Of a stretch of DNA of 64,000 nucleotides, positions 1 through 11,944 are shown in pieces; the first letter of the stretch is position 1; each line of letters opens with the position of its first letter. Source of the DNA: Daphnia carinata (lineage: Eukaryota); assembly GCF_022539665.2 (NCBI RefSeq), contig NC_081333.1, forward strand, positions 6,076,001 through 6,140,000, read 5' to 3'. Under the pieces are notes generated by a model. That model was not told the origin of the DNA. It made no database searches and saw nothing but the letters and a program-made list of their open reading frames with translations. The translations under genes were made by a program, and so were the position numbers.

Positions 1-257
1 AAAGCAATACGCAGACCGTTTCTCAAGTTAGGCAGGTCTAGCGTAGCCTTCTGATCCAATTGGAAAGAATTCATGCCACCTTCAAACATCGTAAAGACAA
101 AAATTTGCCCGCGGTCGCGTTTCGCAGAAATAAACAAAAGATAACGGATTATTTTAGAAGATAGAATTAGATTTAAAAGAAAAAAGTGAACAACACAATA
201 GGAATAATGGAACACAACGTTTTTCAATGGCTAAGAAATAAACCACAAAAAATAAAG

Positions 258-2614
258 CTATTCAATAACTTTAGCCATAAAATCTAGAAAACGGCGACCA
301 TACTGATCGGGCTCGACGGTTGAGATTCCGTCAACATGGGATCCATATTTGACAGTTTTGGCTGCTTTTGCGGCTTGTTTCTTCACGCCATAATGTGTCA
401 AAATGTCGATTAATGCTAGGAAGTAAATTTCGCGATTGGGTGCATCTGTCAAGGATACAAATAAATTATATATCTACAGATAGGAATTAGCGGCGTAAGA
501 TTTCATGGTTAGCGGAATCATGTTTCTTATTCGTTTTTTCTCTTTTATATTACAAGCACATTTTTACCATTTGTTATTAAAATTAATTAGAACCTCTTAA
601 TTCAAAGGCCTTGTATGCGTACAAATATGACGTTTCTTATCGTTAACATAATATCTAAAAAAAATATTACAAGCGACTTGACAGGCCTTTTCAAAACCTA
701 TGAAAACACCAGAATGCTTATTAAAATTGAACAGTGACGAAAATGTGTCACACCTTTACATGTTCCATATACTTTAATTATTGAATCGAATGTATGTTTT
801 GAACTTATTTACCTTCTTTGCACGGGATGGCGTAAATATCGAGCTCTGGTATAATTTTACCAGTATACTGATGGGGATATTGCTGTGAAATGGAACGTGC
901 AGCTCTGCCCTTTTCGCGTCCCATTTGAGGAGAATCCGGCGGAGTGGGTCCTGTAGCTCCCCCTACTCCTACTGTGGAACCACATGAATCTTCATCATCT
1001 TCATTATAACTGTCTTCAGCAGCAGGCACAAAATCCGTTTCTGGAATAAAAAAAAAAAATAGGTATGAAGCTGTTAAACGTGCTGCAAACACAGTTCAAT
1101 ATCACGAGAAACTTAAAATAGATAGTAAATGCACAGGAACATTCCAAACTAACAGGTTAGACGTTTCACGTATGACCCGTCAACTATAAATTAACGTTGC
1201 AGCTTGGATTTGATCTAATTTCGCTTTATTTGGAAATCTGGATTACGGTGCAACGGTAACATGGAGGAACCAAATGGCATTAGTTTTTACTCACGTTCTG
1301 GTCGATCCAATATTTCCTTATTTTCTTGTTCCGCTTGTTTGCAATCATGTACACCCAGGAGCAAAGAGTAGTCCATCATCTGAAGTTTCATAAGAAACTG
1401 AAAACGAATAAAGCACACACGATTAGAACTTAAACCAAGAAGAATAGGTCTGACAGAGGAAAAAAAAGCGATAATAATAACCCATTAACCTCAACATCAG
1501 CTGTAAGGGTTTCCATCAGGCGCTCTCTAGCATCTTCACCAATTACCACCTTAGTGCCGTCTTTGACAAAATCATTGTCTTTTAAAGTAGGCAATTCTTT
1601 CTCTTTTTCTTTTTCAGAAGCCTCTCGATCTACTGTCGACCCTTTAAGATCGTATTTCCTGAAATCATATTTCTTTTAGCTGAAAAATTCATAGCGTACA
1701 CGTCTGAAAATTGACGGAAATTATTGATACCTGTGTAGGGGCAAACGGTTGCTGAACACGTTTCTCGTGACGACTAGATAGTTTTCCACCCCATCCACAG
1801 TCAGGCGGTACATGCCGAGATACTGTGGCAGCAATGTCTTGCCATGTCGCTCAACAATATACTTGCATGATTAAAATGAAAGTGTTTTTGAGAGAAATAC
1901 AGAGCAATTAATTGTCATCTTAGTACTTACGGGGTGGTACTCTTTAAGCAATAAATGCATTTGCTCAACCTCTTCCCTAGTCAATGTTTTGATGACAAAT
2001 AGTCCATCACTAGAATTATAAAACTTTGCTCCACTGCGACCAGGTGAGTCTGATATTACAGGTTGTGATCTGTACGAAACAAATATTATCATAGAAGAAT
2101 TATATAACACACATAATGTTACGTAAAAACCTTGTTAAAGACTGGCGATAATCACTATCATCAATAGCAAATCTTTCTCGTAGATTACGAAATACAAGAG
2201 GACAGTATTCCTTGATTTTAAAATGACTGGGCATGTTTTCTCTAGAATATTAGGAAGGAAATTGAAATATTATGCTAGCTGATTCTAGAATTTTTTAAAA
2301 CTTACTTGTTAAACAGATGATTGTCAACTTTAACTTTGGAGTATGCTTTAAAATCATTTGGCATCAGCATGACAGGGATATTTATATAAACCAGTTCTTT
2401 TATCTAGGTTGAAGATTGATTATTTAATGTGTTGATGTAAATCTTTGGCTTTAAAACTACTTACAGTATGATTAATACCCCACATAAATACTGAAAGAAT
2501 TGGTTCACTAGCTCTGAAGAGCTTGACTTTTTGATGTTTCACACGAATATGTTTTTTCTTCAGTTTTATACTAGGCATGGAAACTGGAATAGCAGTGGAA
2601 TTCTGGCTGCTCAT
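258..2614 (-). CDS. PIP4K2: Phosphatidylinositol 5-phosphate 4-kinase type II, 9 coding exons (approx. 2614-2465, 2403-2306, 2241-2131, 2069-1931, 1861-1731, 1658-1490, 1397-1295, 1040-813, 445-258)
   Basis: Spliced translation gives hallmark motifs: [113 protein letters not shown]...[12 protein letters not shown]. All introns are GT-AG. Confidence 0.95.
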
Positions 2615-3681
2615 TTTCACTGCTAGAATTTAGATTTTTTTTTGCCCCCAATCCTCGATTAAATTGCTTACTGGTGAATTAAATTTTCCGTGTTTAGATC
2701 GTTCTGCTCGGAGTTAAGCATTAATAGCTGTGTGAAGACGTCACCCAGAAGTTTAAGACGACTGCGTATTCTAAATTTAAATCTCACTTTCTAGAAGAGC
2801 CAGAATATTTATGATAGTTACAAGGTTTCATAATCATGATCTTCTAGAAATACGTCAAAGGAAACTTGGTGGTGCAAGTTTGCATCCAAATCGTGGACAC
2901 CAACGTCTAGGGTTCACTACTTTGCTTCTTCGCCCGACTACAATCACAGCTTACTCATTGGTGAAGGCCTGTAAGACCTGAAGCTACTGTGATGGCAAGA
3001 CTGCAGCAAGCGAAGTTTCTTTCCACGACGAGTAAATCAGAAGAAAAAGGTTAGGCTACGACTGCACCACCTAGCGCTCGCTTTTGTTATCCTCTTGGAA
3101 ACCCAAATAAATAGAAAGAATACAGACACACATGAAGGCACAGATACAAAACGCGGATACAGAGGTACAAGTGACAATTTTTGATCTTTTGACATCGATT
3201 TAGTAATTTAATTGTTTACAATGAAATGGCCACTGTGTTTGGAGCTAAAAACTTATTGCCGAGTTGAGTAACATTGCCGTGTTGAGTAACAATCACTTGC
3301 CTGTCGCGGGAACCTTACATTCAAGTAGATAATATGACCTAAAATAAGACGTCTTTAAATAAGACGTTTTACTGTGGCGAAATAGAATCTCGAACATCAC
3401 AGCATAGCTCTTATGCGAAAGCGTTAATCAACATCTCGTTTTTTCAGTAATAGGAAGACAAATGATGACAGGTAAAAATAGATATAGATTTATTTTCCTA
3501 TAAGAAAAGATTTTCTACATCCACAAAGAGTTTTCGACTAAAAGTTAGACACTGTTAATATTAAAGACACATTGAACTGTTATACATAGTGGCACTTCAA
3601 CTTTTATCTGAGGTTTTCTATAGATGGCAGCAGATGGTGCAGTCATAGCCTCCCGGTTTGTCCTTATAGACCGGTTCCCGA

Positions 3682-3985
3682 ACAACATGGTCTCCGCGAG
3701 TTGACTCGACCGTTCGGGTTCCCAGCGGCACCCCCATTCTTGCGTTCTGATTGGCTCTCCAGCTCTGATGCCAGTAGCAACCACCACTGAAAGAAAGCAA
3801 GCTGTTGACGTGTCGTCTGCTTGTGCTGTCTGCCTGTCGTCTGCATCGATTTTAATTTTCAAATCACAAACTTACTAATCAAAAATCATAGAACGTTCCT
3901 AAAATCAACACTGACATCTTTTACCACAACCCCTTGGACTCGACGGTAAGCAATTTTTTTGTTTTTAGTGAGCCATGATAATGTA
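3682..3985. repeat. Dispersed direct repeat, copy 1 (~300 bp; copy 2 at ~6807-7126)
   Basis: Near-identical stretch from ACAACATGGTCTCCGCGAGTTGACTCG to CCATGATAATGTA, also seen as near-identical ORF translations (MKIKIDADD...QLAETML). Confidence 0.9.
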
Positions 3986-4139
3986 AGTAGTTGTAAAAAT
4001 AATGTAAGACTGTAAATATTTGAATATGAAAATCAACCAAAATGAAAAAGCTTTTCTTTTCTTTTTGTATTATAATAACGATTATCCTATACCATAAGAC
4101 AAACTTGAAATCGTAAAACTGTTTTTGAACTTTTTTTAC

Positions 4140-4258
4140 GTTGATCATAATGGAAATTTTAAAAATCCCGCCTAAAAATAATGGCATAAGTTTTCTCTAC
4201 TGTGATTGGTTGCTCGTAATTTAGTATATCTTTAACTAATTCGATAAATTTTTGTTGT
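4140..4258. repeat. Dispersed repeat fragment, related to ~9143-9248 and inverted-related to ~4463-4500
   Basis: GGAAATT..AAAAATCCCGCC.AAAAATAATGGC...GTTTTCTC.ACT.TGATTGG is shared with 9143-9248. TACTAAATTACGCGTAACCAATCA at ~4464 is the approximate reverse complement of ~4200-4226. Confidence 0.6.
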
Positions 4259-5463
4259 TTAATGGCCACCAAAACATTCCTCGTGACACAAGGAAGCTAG
4301 ATATTACCTTTATAACATATAATAAGCCTAAAGAATGCCTTAACGAAGGGCCCAAAGTTTTCGGTTTTTCATAGTTTCCCCTCCTCCCATACACCGTCCA
4401 AAAATAAAATATTTATTAATGGACAAACTATTGGTCTAAAAAGAATAATTCTTATTGCAATGAATACTAAATTACGCGTAACCAATCATAGGGAAAAAAT
4501 CTCAAAGGCAAAATGTGTTTTTGTTGTTTTTCGATCTAAGGTTCTAATGGACGTAACTGATAAAAACAAAAAAATAGATGTTACGCTTAAACTTTTTCCT
4601 TTTCTGAAAATTTAACATAAATTTCATAGAATTAGATAGCTCTTGATAAGAGCTATCGATTGATGCAAAATTTGTCAATTTTGACTGTTTATTTTCCTCA
4701 TAAATAATTATTAAAGGATTTCATGATTTTAGAAAGGGGAGGGGATGTGTGAAAAAGACGAAATTTTGCATTGATCGTTTGATGCTTAATCTTCGTCAAA
4801 ACAGGAAATCATTATAATATTTTTGTTGCTGGTGATTCCAGGAACAAGTTGTTATAAACGATTACTTTTAAGATGCTATATTTAACCCCAAAAATTACGT
4901 TTGAAAACTGGTTTTTGATAAACTATTATGGCGGCCATTTTTTTACCGCGCCAAGTTCAAATTTTAAAAAGTGTAAATAAGTGTAAAAAATTGTAATTAT
5001 AAGTAGATATTTACATTTTATTTGTGTCTAGAGAATTTCAGTATCCGTCTTAGATAGAAAATCTTTAAAATTAACTAAGATAAGCTAAACAAATTTATTT
5101 CGTGGGTTCTCATTTAATTTACAATTTTAGGGGTCTTTTTCCACATTTCCGCGTGGAAAGCTACATTTTATCCCGACTTCCGCATGGAAAAACTCCAACC
5201 AGACAATATTCCAAAAAACTTTTGACTAACGCCCTGCACGTTTATCATTTAGCCCATAAGAAAAAGTGCATCTGCAACTATGTACTACTTAGTACATATG
5301 TAGTGAGACCATGTTGTATATATATATATAAAGGACAAACCGGTGCCGTTCAGTTTACCGTTTTTTCCCCAACAGATAGCACAGTGGTTTGATGGTTTTT
5401 ACAATCAGTTTGTACCCACTGTGTACACTGCGGGTTTACGATTTACACACAATAAGTCGGAAA

Positions 5464-5528
5464 CAGACTTGTCACTAGAGGGCGGAAAGATTGATCGCTA
5501 AAAATGATCGGATCGCGATCAGTTTTAC
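5464..5528 (+). mobile_element. Deleted fragment of the GATC-rich hAT-like MITE family seen at 18361-18830
   Basis: Terminal CAGACTTGTC joined to CTAGAG..GAAAGATTGATCGCTAAAAATGATCGGATCGCGATCA, which matches 18666-18712. Confidence 0.7.
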
Positions 5529-5529
5529 T

Positions 5530-6370
5530 TCTCGTCTCATTCAAGAAGAGACTCAGTAAAAAAAAAACAGGAGAGCAGCAGTGGAATCAAACGCGCGGCA
5601 CCTATGTCGAAAACTGCATAGCATTCTCGCTTAGCCTCATCATAAATAGGAGTTTAGTGGGCCGAGCCTGAGAACACTGTAGCAATGTGGGACACTCGAT
5701 CACCGTCTATCAAGCCAAGAACTTCGATGACGCTGTTACAGCAAAAGTGGCACCAGCCTGGAGGGTCGGCAGGTTTCATGACTCATCAATACGATTAGGT
5801 CGCTTCTCTAGAACGCGAGTTTGCTATAAACTCGACCGCTTTCGGCGACCGCATCGGCTGAACACGGCTCATCAACAGCTTGGGTGCTGGTTTCTGGTGC
5901 GACAATTCACATGACCGGCCAAGTTAAGTTTTTCTGGTTCTAAAAGTCGGTCAACTCGGATGAAAGGTCGGTGCAAGGGGTCAATGTTGATCTGAAGAAA
6001 GGCATGAACGGAGTTGGCACCTATGCATTCAAGTTCAGCGAGAAGACTATGCACATAATGGATTGCTTCAAAATGCACGATTTCTGGTTTGCAGGTGAAC
6101 TTTTTCTTAGTGGATGCAGCTGCAGGCCAAGGCTTCGAAATATACTTCTCCGCAGATGTACACTCTCGGCATGGCTGCAGTTCCTCCAAAGACGACCGTA
6201 TACCCGCCGATCGGTATGCTCTAAAGAACACATCAGCCGCTATGTATCCGGCACCGATGATTGGCACATGACAACCTTGACCTAGTGAAAAGGATGGCCA
6301 CTGAGCAACTCGCTTGTGGTCTCAACATCTGATCTTTCTTTCGACGACTCGTGTGGGGCCTCCAACTAGG
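5530..6370 (+). pseudogene. Degenerate Ty1/Copia gag-pol fragment (zinc knuckle, protease, GAG-pre-integrase)
   Basis: Broken frames read *EHCSNVGHSITVY (CCHC knuckle), WVLVSGATIHMTGQ (protease D-S-G-A-x-x-H-M motif), GLQVNFFLVDAAAGQGFEIYF and HR*LAHDNLDLVKRMATEQLACGLNI, in Copia order, with stops and frameshifts. Confidence 0.75.
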
Positions 6371-6806
6371 TAAGAATCAGGTTACTGGCTACAACTTATA
6401 CTACCATTTTTCGGTACAACGAAACCTGAATTTTTTTTCTCAACTGCACACATGAAAGTAATTTAAAATAGAAGAACCCCCTTTTTTTTATCTAGATTTC
6501 CAGATTTCAATGTTTTAACATATTGATTTACGTTTTTATCTTTCTTTAGATCCGAAAGGAACGGTAATTGATGATAAAGAAGATGCATGGATAGCAAAAG
6601 GCAATTTCTCGGAAGCTTTAAATTTTTTTCCAGTCTTTTTCTTCTGAACAATTAAAAAAGCTATATATATCCTCTAATTCTTGTTATACAGAGGTAAGAA
6701 GATGGGAAACGGAATAGGGAAAGCCGCCATGACAGATTTCGGCACTCCATCTACCGGCTGATTCCCTCCTTTTCTTATTAGCAGACGAATTCCCTGCAAG
6801 CAAGCA

Positions 6807-7126
6807 CAACATGGTCTCCGCGAGTTGACTCGACCGTTCGGGTTCCCAGCGGCACCCCCATTCTTGCGTTTTGATTGGCTCTCCAGCTTTGATGTCAGGG
6901 GCAACCACCACTGAAAGAAAGCAAGCTGTTGATGTGTCGTCTGCTTGTGCCGTCTGCGTGTCGTCTGCATCGATTTTAATTTTCAAAATAATTCAATTTT
7001 CAAATCACAAAATTACTAATCAAAAATCATAAAACGTTCCTGATATCAACACAGACATCTTTTACTACAACCCCTTGGATTCGACGGTAAGCGACTTTTT
7101 TGTTTCCGGTGAACCATGATAATGTA
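6807..7126. repeat. Dispersed direct repeat, copy 2 of 3682-3985, with a short internal duplication around ATTTTCAAA
   Basis: Direct sequence comparison. Confidence 0.9.
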
Positions 7127-7379
7127 TGGTTAGACAATGCGCCGGATTATAACACAAAAGAAAGTTTTATGATTAAAAGTAAACTCTCAACGAAATTAGT
7201 TGTACAGATTGCTGTATAACATGACTTATTTAACTGGTTACGATTAAAAGTTTCTTCAGACATATTTTGACTGAATAATTTGATGTAAGATAAACATCTT
7301 ATTTTGAAAAACCTGCTAATAACAAATTTGACGAGGTAATTAACAATATTCCATTCCTCTTCATGCTGGTATATTTGGT

Positions 7380-7472
7380 GCTGGTCCTATTTCTCCTGTA
7401 GAAATAGGACTTGAATTTTCAGTCCTACTTCTCCAGTCCTATTTCGTTTCAGTCATATTTCACCGCCAATCC
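7380..7472. repeat. AGTCCTATTTC-rich subterminal-like repeat cluster, related to ~9710-9808; probable TE end remnants
   Basis: Both clusters contain several GTCCTATTTC/GAAATAGGAC units and end in AGTC(A/C)TATTTCA(C/T)CGCCAAT. Confidence 0.5.
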
Positions 7473-9243
7473 ATCCCAGAAATAGTCGTAAAATTTCTAA
7501 AATTGATTGTGGGTAAAATAATAAACATAAAATAATGATTTTCGAAAAGAATTGCATAGTTCTCACCAAGATCTACCGTTTTGTTTAAACTGTACACTGA
7601 AATGTTTTCTTTGATAATTTTCCAGAGCTGCCATGATCGATTTCGATCGATCGGTTTTGGTAATCGGGAACAATACGTTGAAACAGTTCCCTAATCGAGA
7701 TGGAAATCGGCGATTTAGTCGTCTCGATCAGCGCCAACAATGCCATCTTTGTTTCATAGATACAAGTTTCTCCTTTATGTTTTTACAGTAATCATTCGAA
7801 AAGCTTTAACTACCAATTATGATCAGCTGCATGGCGCTGTTGGGTCTCTAGTTAGCGCCATGGGACTGCTGAAACAAGGCTCTGCGTAACACTCTCCTCC
7901 TATAGGAAAGGCTGAAAACGATATAACGAAAGCGATATAACGACAGCAGCACGTTCAGTAGCTAATGTTTAGAGGGAATCATAGTTTCTTTGCATATTTT
8001 ATTTGTTATATTTGCTTTAGGAAATGTAAATAACAAACATTTTTTCGGGAAGCAGCCCATTTTTGGATCGTTTTTCCTTTAATTCTAATCTTAATAGTAT
8101 TTTGAAGTCATTAATTATATTGAGCCAGGAGTGCTTTTTATTATTAGTGCAGCCATTACAATCCTCCTGTTTGGCTTGGTTTGTTTGTTTAACTATTCTG
8201 CCCAACTTGGTCTCCGTCACCTAGGCCAACTGTTTGGCTCTTGCATTGAGCCAGACAGTTGGCTTAGGTGACGGGTTTTTCGAAGTCCCTCCTAGCCAAT
8301 GCCCGTATTCTTCTTGTGCGCAATTGCTTATCCACCGGCTTTGACGTTTGAAATTCGTCTCCTTAGGTGACATTTCAGTGATTTTTTTAAATTGATATTT
8401 CGACATTTAAGTGACTTTCAGTGTAAATAACATTTGTCCGTTTGTTCAGGACTGTAAGTAAGAAAAACTTTCTTTTTTGCAATTACCTCACTAATTATTG
8501 TTTTGGATAACACAGATCTATTTGCATCATCATAATTCAAATCTTCTGGCTACGTAAAAGCTAATGCAGAATTCTTAAGTGGAGACATAATAAGCCAGTG
8601 ATCATTGGCAGCTGGAACATAGTTCAAGAAGAGCACAAAGGTCCCAAAGGTAGGTCGTCATTTTATGAAATGTAAATGTTGTTTAAATAACAATTTTCCT
8701 TTCTACAAGGGTAAAGAAGATCGTGCTTGTGCATTATATACAAATTAAAAAAACACGTTAAGGCATACAGGGTCTGTTAAAATTTTTGTGTTTTTAAAGA
8801 TCAATAAATGTGTAAAAATTTTTGAAGCATGCCATTTATTTCTGGATTTCATCCTTTATCTTAGTTTTACTGTTGCCAACATAAATCCTGCCCTCTCAGT
8901 ACCTCGCGCCATTCTGTTGTGTGTCCTTCCTTGAATTATATTGCAACACAGTGCACGTTAGTGGCATTGTGATAACTTAAGCCAAAAGTGTATAGCAAGG
9001 CAATACAAAAGTGTATGAATTTTAAAAATAAACCGATTGAAAAGAATATAAGTTTTTTAAATTATAATTATATACGACTACACCCCAAGACTAATATATA
9101 ACTGCATAACTTGTTTCAAACCTTGTCTTACGTAAACAACAATAGGAAATTAAAAAAACCCGCCAAAAAATAATGGCTTCTGTTTTCTCGACTATGATTG
9201 GCTTTTAATAATTTAGAATTTGTTCAACTAAATTGACAAATTT

Positions 9244-9426
9244 TGTTGAAGAAGAGGGGGCTCTGCTGTTGCTGGCCGCCCTCGCGTAAGTCCTTTAAGA
9301 AGGAGCTCTGCGGAAGCTTGCTTCCCGTATAGTGTATGTGTTGTAAGTATTGTTATGTGTTATTTTGTATGAACTGTTTGTTGTAATGTCTGTGTCGGTG
9401 TACGAGTAAATGAAGAAACTGTAACA
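9244..9426 (+). mobile_element. Possible Copia-type LTR remnant
   Basis: Starts TGTTGAAG and ends CTGTAACA, the same termini as the LTR at 14604-14829, and has a TG-rich interior. No matching TSD found. Confidence 0.4.
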
Positions 9427-11309
9427 GGAGGGCCACAAGAGGCTGGAAAGTTGTGGAGAAACATGCCAATATTTTCAATTCAAGAAATTGTTGGTGATAT
9501 ACTCACGAGTGCTTTAGGAGATCCCTCCATGAAAGTAGGACTCGTGAGTTTTAAAGTATCACAAAAACATTTGGCTCAAGTAGAACTGTTAGATAATGTA
9601 AATTTTGGGGTTTACCATTTCAAATAAGAATTGAAATTAAAAATTTAGAATTAGGTAATGATAGTAGTATGGATTGGAGGCTCATCGTTCCAATTGGACC
9701 AATTTTAGAAATTAGGACTATCTCTAAACAGAAATAGGACTAATGCCTTGGTCATATAGGACTGACCAAAAATATTTTAAAAGTCAGTCCTATTTCATCG
9801 CCAATTCCAATACAAGAAGAGTTTTTGAAATTGAATGTACAATTTTGAATATTCTGTTGTCGTTTAATATTCAGTTTATGTGTTAATTACATTCAATTCC
9901 TATAGAACTAATATAAAGCCACTGGGTATATCGAAGACATATGTCACACAATTTTTTTCATCATGGGAGGTTCTTGGTACTACCTGAGGATGATGTAAGA
10001 GGGACTGTAGAGCCTGTCAGGCAGCTACCAGGTAACCAAAAAAAAGGTTCTAAGAGAAATCGAGGACGGTTATGGGGAAGACTGGGGAGGATAGCAGGAT
10101 GTTCTGCGGAGGTACTTCGGAGCCAGTTGTGCCGTGTGGGTCTTATCAATGGTTTCATACGGAACTGCCTAAGCTAATAACTATCATGCTATGGGTTAAC
10201 TATTTTCTCTTTTCAATCTTTATATAAACAACGTAGAACAACATGTGACTCTGAATTTTTAGTTGGATGCAGTTTCCAAAAGGAGACATTGTCAGTTCCA
10301 ATTTGTTACAGTACATCACCTGAATAAGCTTTAAGCTATCCGCAGCTAACACATTACAGGAAATTAAAACAATGAATTTTGAAAAAGCAACTGTCCTAAA
10401 ACTAAATTTTGTCCGGATGTAGCTCCACATTGGTTGATTTTTGTAGGTAACAAGCCATAGATATAAAAAGGTGCATTTTGGTATACCGACCGACGTTCTT
10501 TCTTACACCTGAGGAGAATGTCATATATAAATTGCATAGCTGCCTTTGCGTCACGCACACCAATAACCACTAATAATTTGAGCCACGAATTTAGGAAAAT
10601 TTCCCAAATGTTGAAAACTTCAGAGAAGAAACCATAGCTACAGTAATTCCTCGCAATTAGTGATGTATTGAGCATCTCGGAATCAATCCTGTTCTCTGCG
10701 GAATCTGCCAAAAAATTATTCTACTATTTTCTTGGTTATTATTTCTTTAAATTTTCATAAATTATTATTATCATTAAGTCAAGAGACTACTGAGTGATTT
10801 TCATTTTTAAAAATGAAAAATGTTCGAACTCACGGTGCCATGTGTTTCACTATGCAGCCATACGTAATCTAACTAACGCTAAAGGCGTCACCCTCCATGT
10901 TCTCGCGCAACGGTAAACGTAATATCCCATTTCTCACTACTTGTTGATATTGCCTTTCTTAAATAAATTATATACTGCTCTTATGTTCGTGTAGCATGAA
11001 TATCCCGGACACCATCATAAACCCTAATTCTCTGGAAGATGGTACTTTCACAGTTACTGAAAATAACCAGTAGGCTTCGATGAAATAAGTTAATACACCA
11101 ACATCAAATGTATCATGTATCTTCCACAAATGAGGTAACAATTAACGTTATTTACGTAGCATTTCAACATCCGTAAAACATTTTTCTTTCGGGAACTTAA
11201 AAATGCAAACGAAGGAACTAGGTTAGAAAATGCAGCTTTGAAAGAAAAGCTGATGGTTTTAGAAAAATTATAAAAAAGGTTTTGATGGAGAAGGCGTTAA
11301 ATTGGGCAC

Positions 11310-11369
11310 AATTTCCACATCAAAAATCAAAAAAATAATTGTAATTAAAAAAAATCGTAAAGAAAATGG
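11310..11369 (-). pseudogene. nad3: Micro-NUMT: fragment of mitochondrial NADH dehydrogenase subunit 3
   Basis: Translates PFSLRFFLITIIFLIFDVEI, the conserved ND3 motif. The flanks do not resemble ND3. Confidence 0.8.
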
Positions 11370-11944
11370 GTTATCACTATTAAAACTGTTTAATATATTT
11401 CGATAGAAAACCCTACCGATTTTCAGTTCTGCCAAAGTAGATACCAATAATCGGTATCTATCTACCATACGTCGGTGCCGATTTCTCGGTTGGTACGAAT
11501 TTTCACCAATAAACGGTATAAATACATACAAATATTCGTCGCTTACCCTACCTGAAATTTGCTTTAGTAATACCCAGCTGAAAACATAATAAAAGCTAGG
11601 CAAAAATTTGACTTAGTTATTTTTTTGGGAAATGAACTAAAATCCCTAAAAATAAACTGAATCGCTAAAAAGTTTTGGTTGTTAGTATTCAGGAGGGTGG
11701 TTGTTTTAGTATATTGCTTCCATGATTTCTCTTCTTCGCTGTTGTTCTACCAGGTAAATCAACATCTACTACATCACGTGCTTTGCAGAAAATGCACTAA
11801 ACAGCAAAAGCTCTTCTGAAACAACCCCCTACGGAACGGTAAGCTTCAGTTATGCGATGTCCGAAAACTAGTTTCATCAAGCTTCCCCATCGCTGGCTAA
11901 TAGAACCATAAGCTAGTTTAACGTTTAGACATGGCCTACTGTAA

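Noticed and set aside
7623..7760. hAT-like terminus CAGAGCTGCCA followed by GATCGA repeats
   Set aside because: Single end only, with no partner TIR or TSD.
11375..11640. Possible CACTA left end (CACTATT plus TACCGA-like repeats)
   Set aside because: No matching right end or TSD found in the window.
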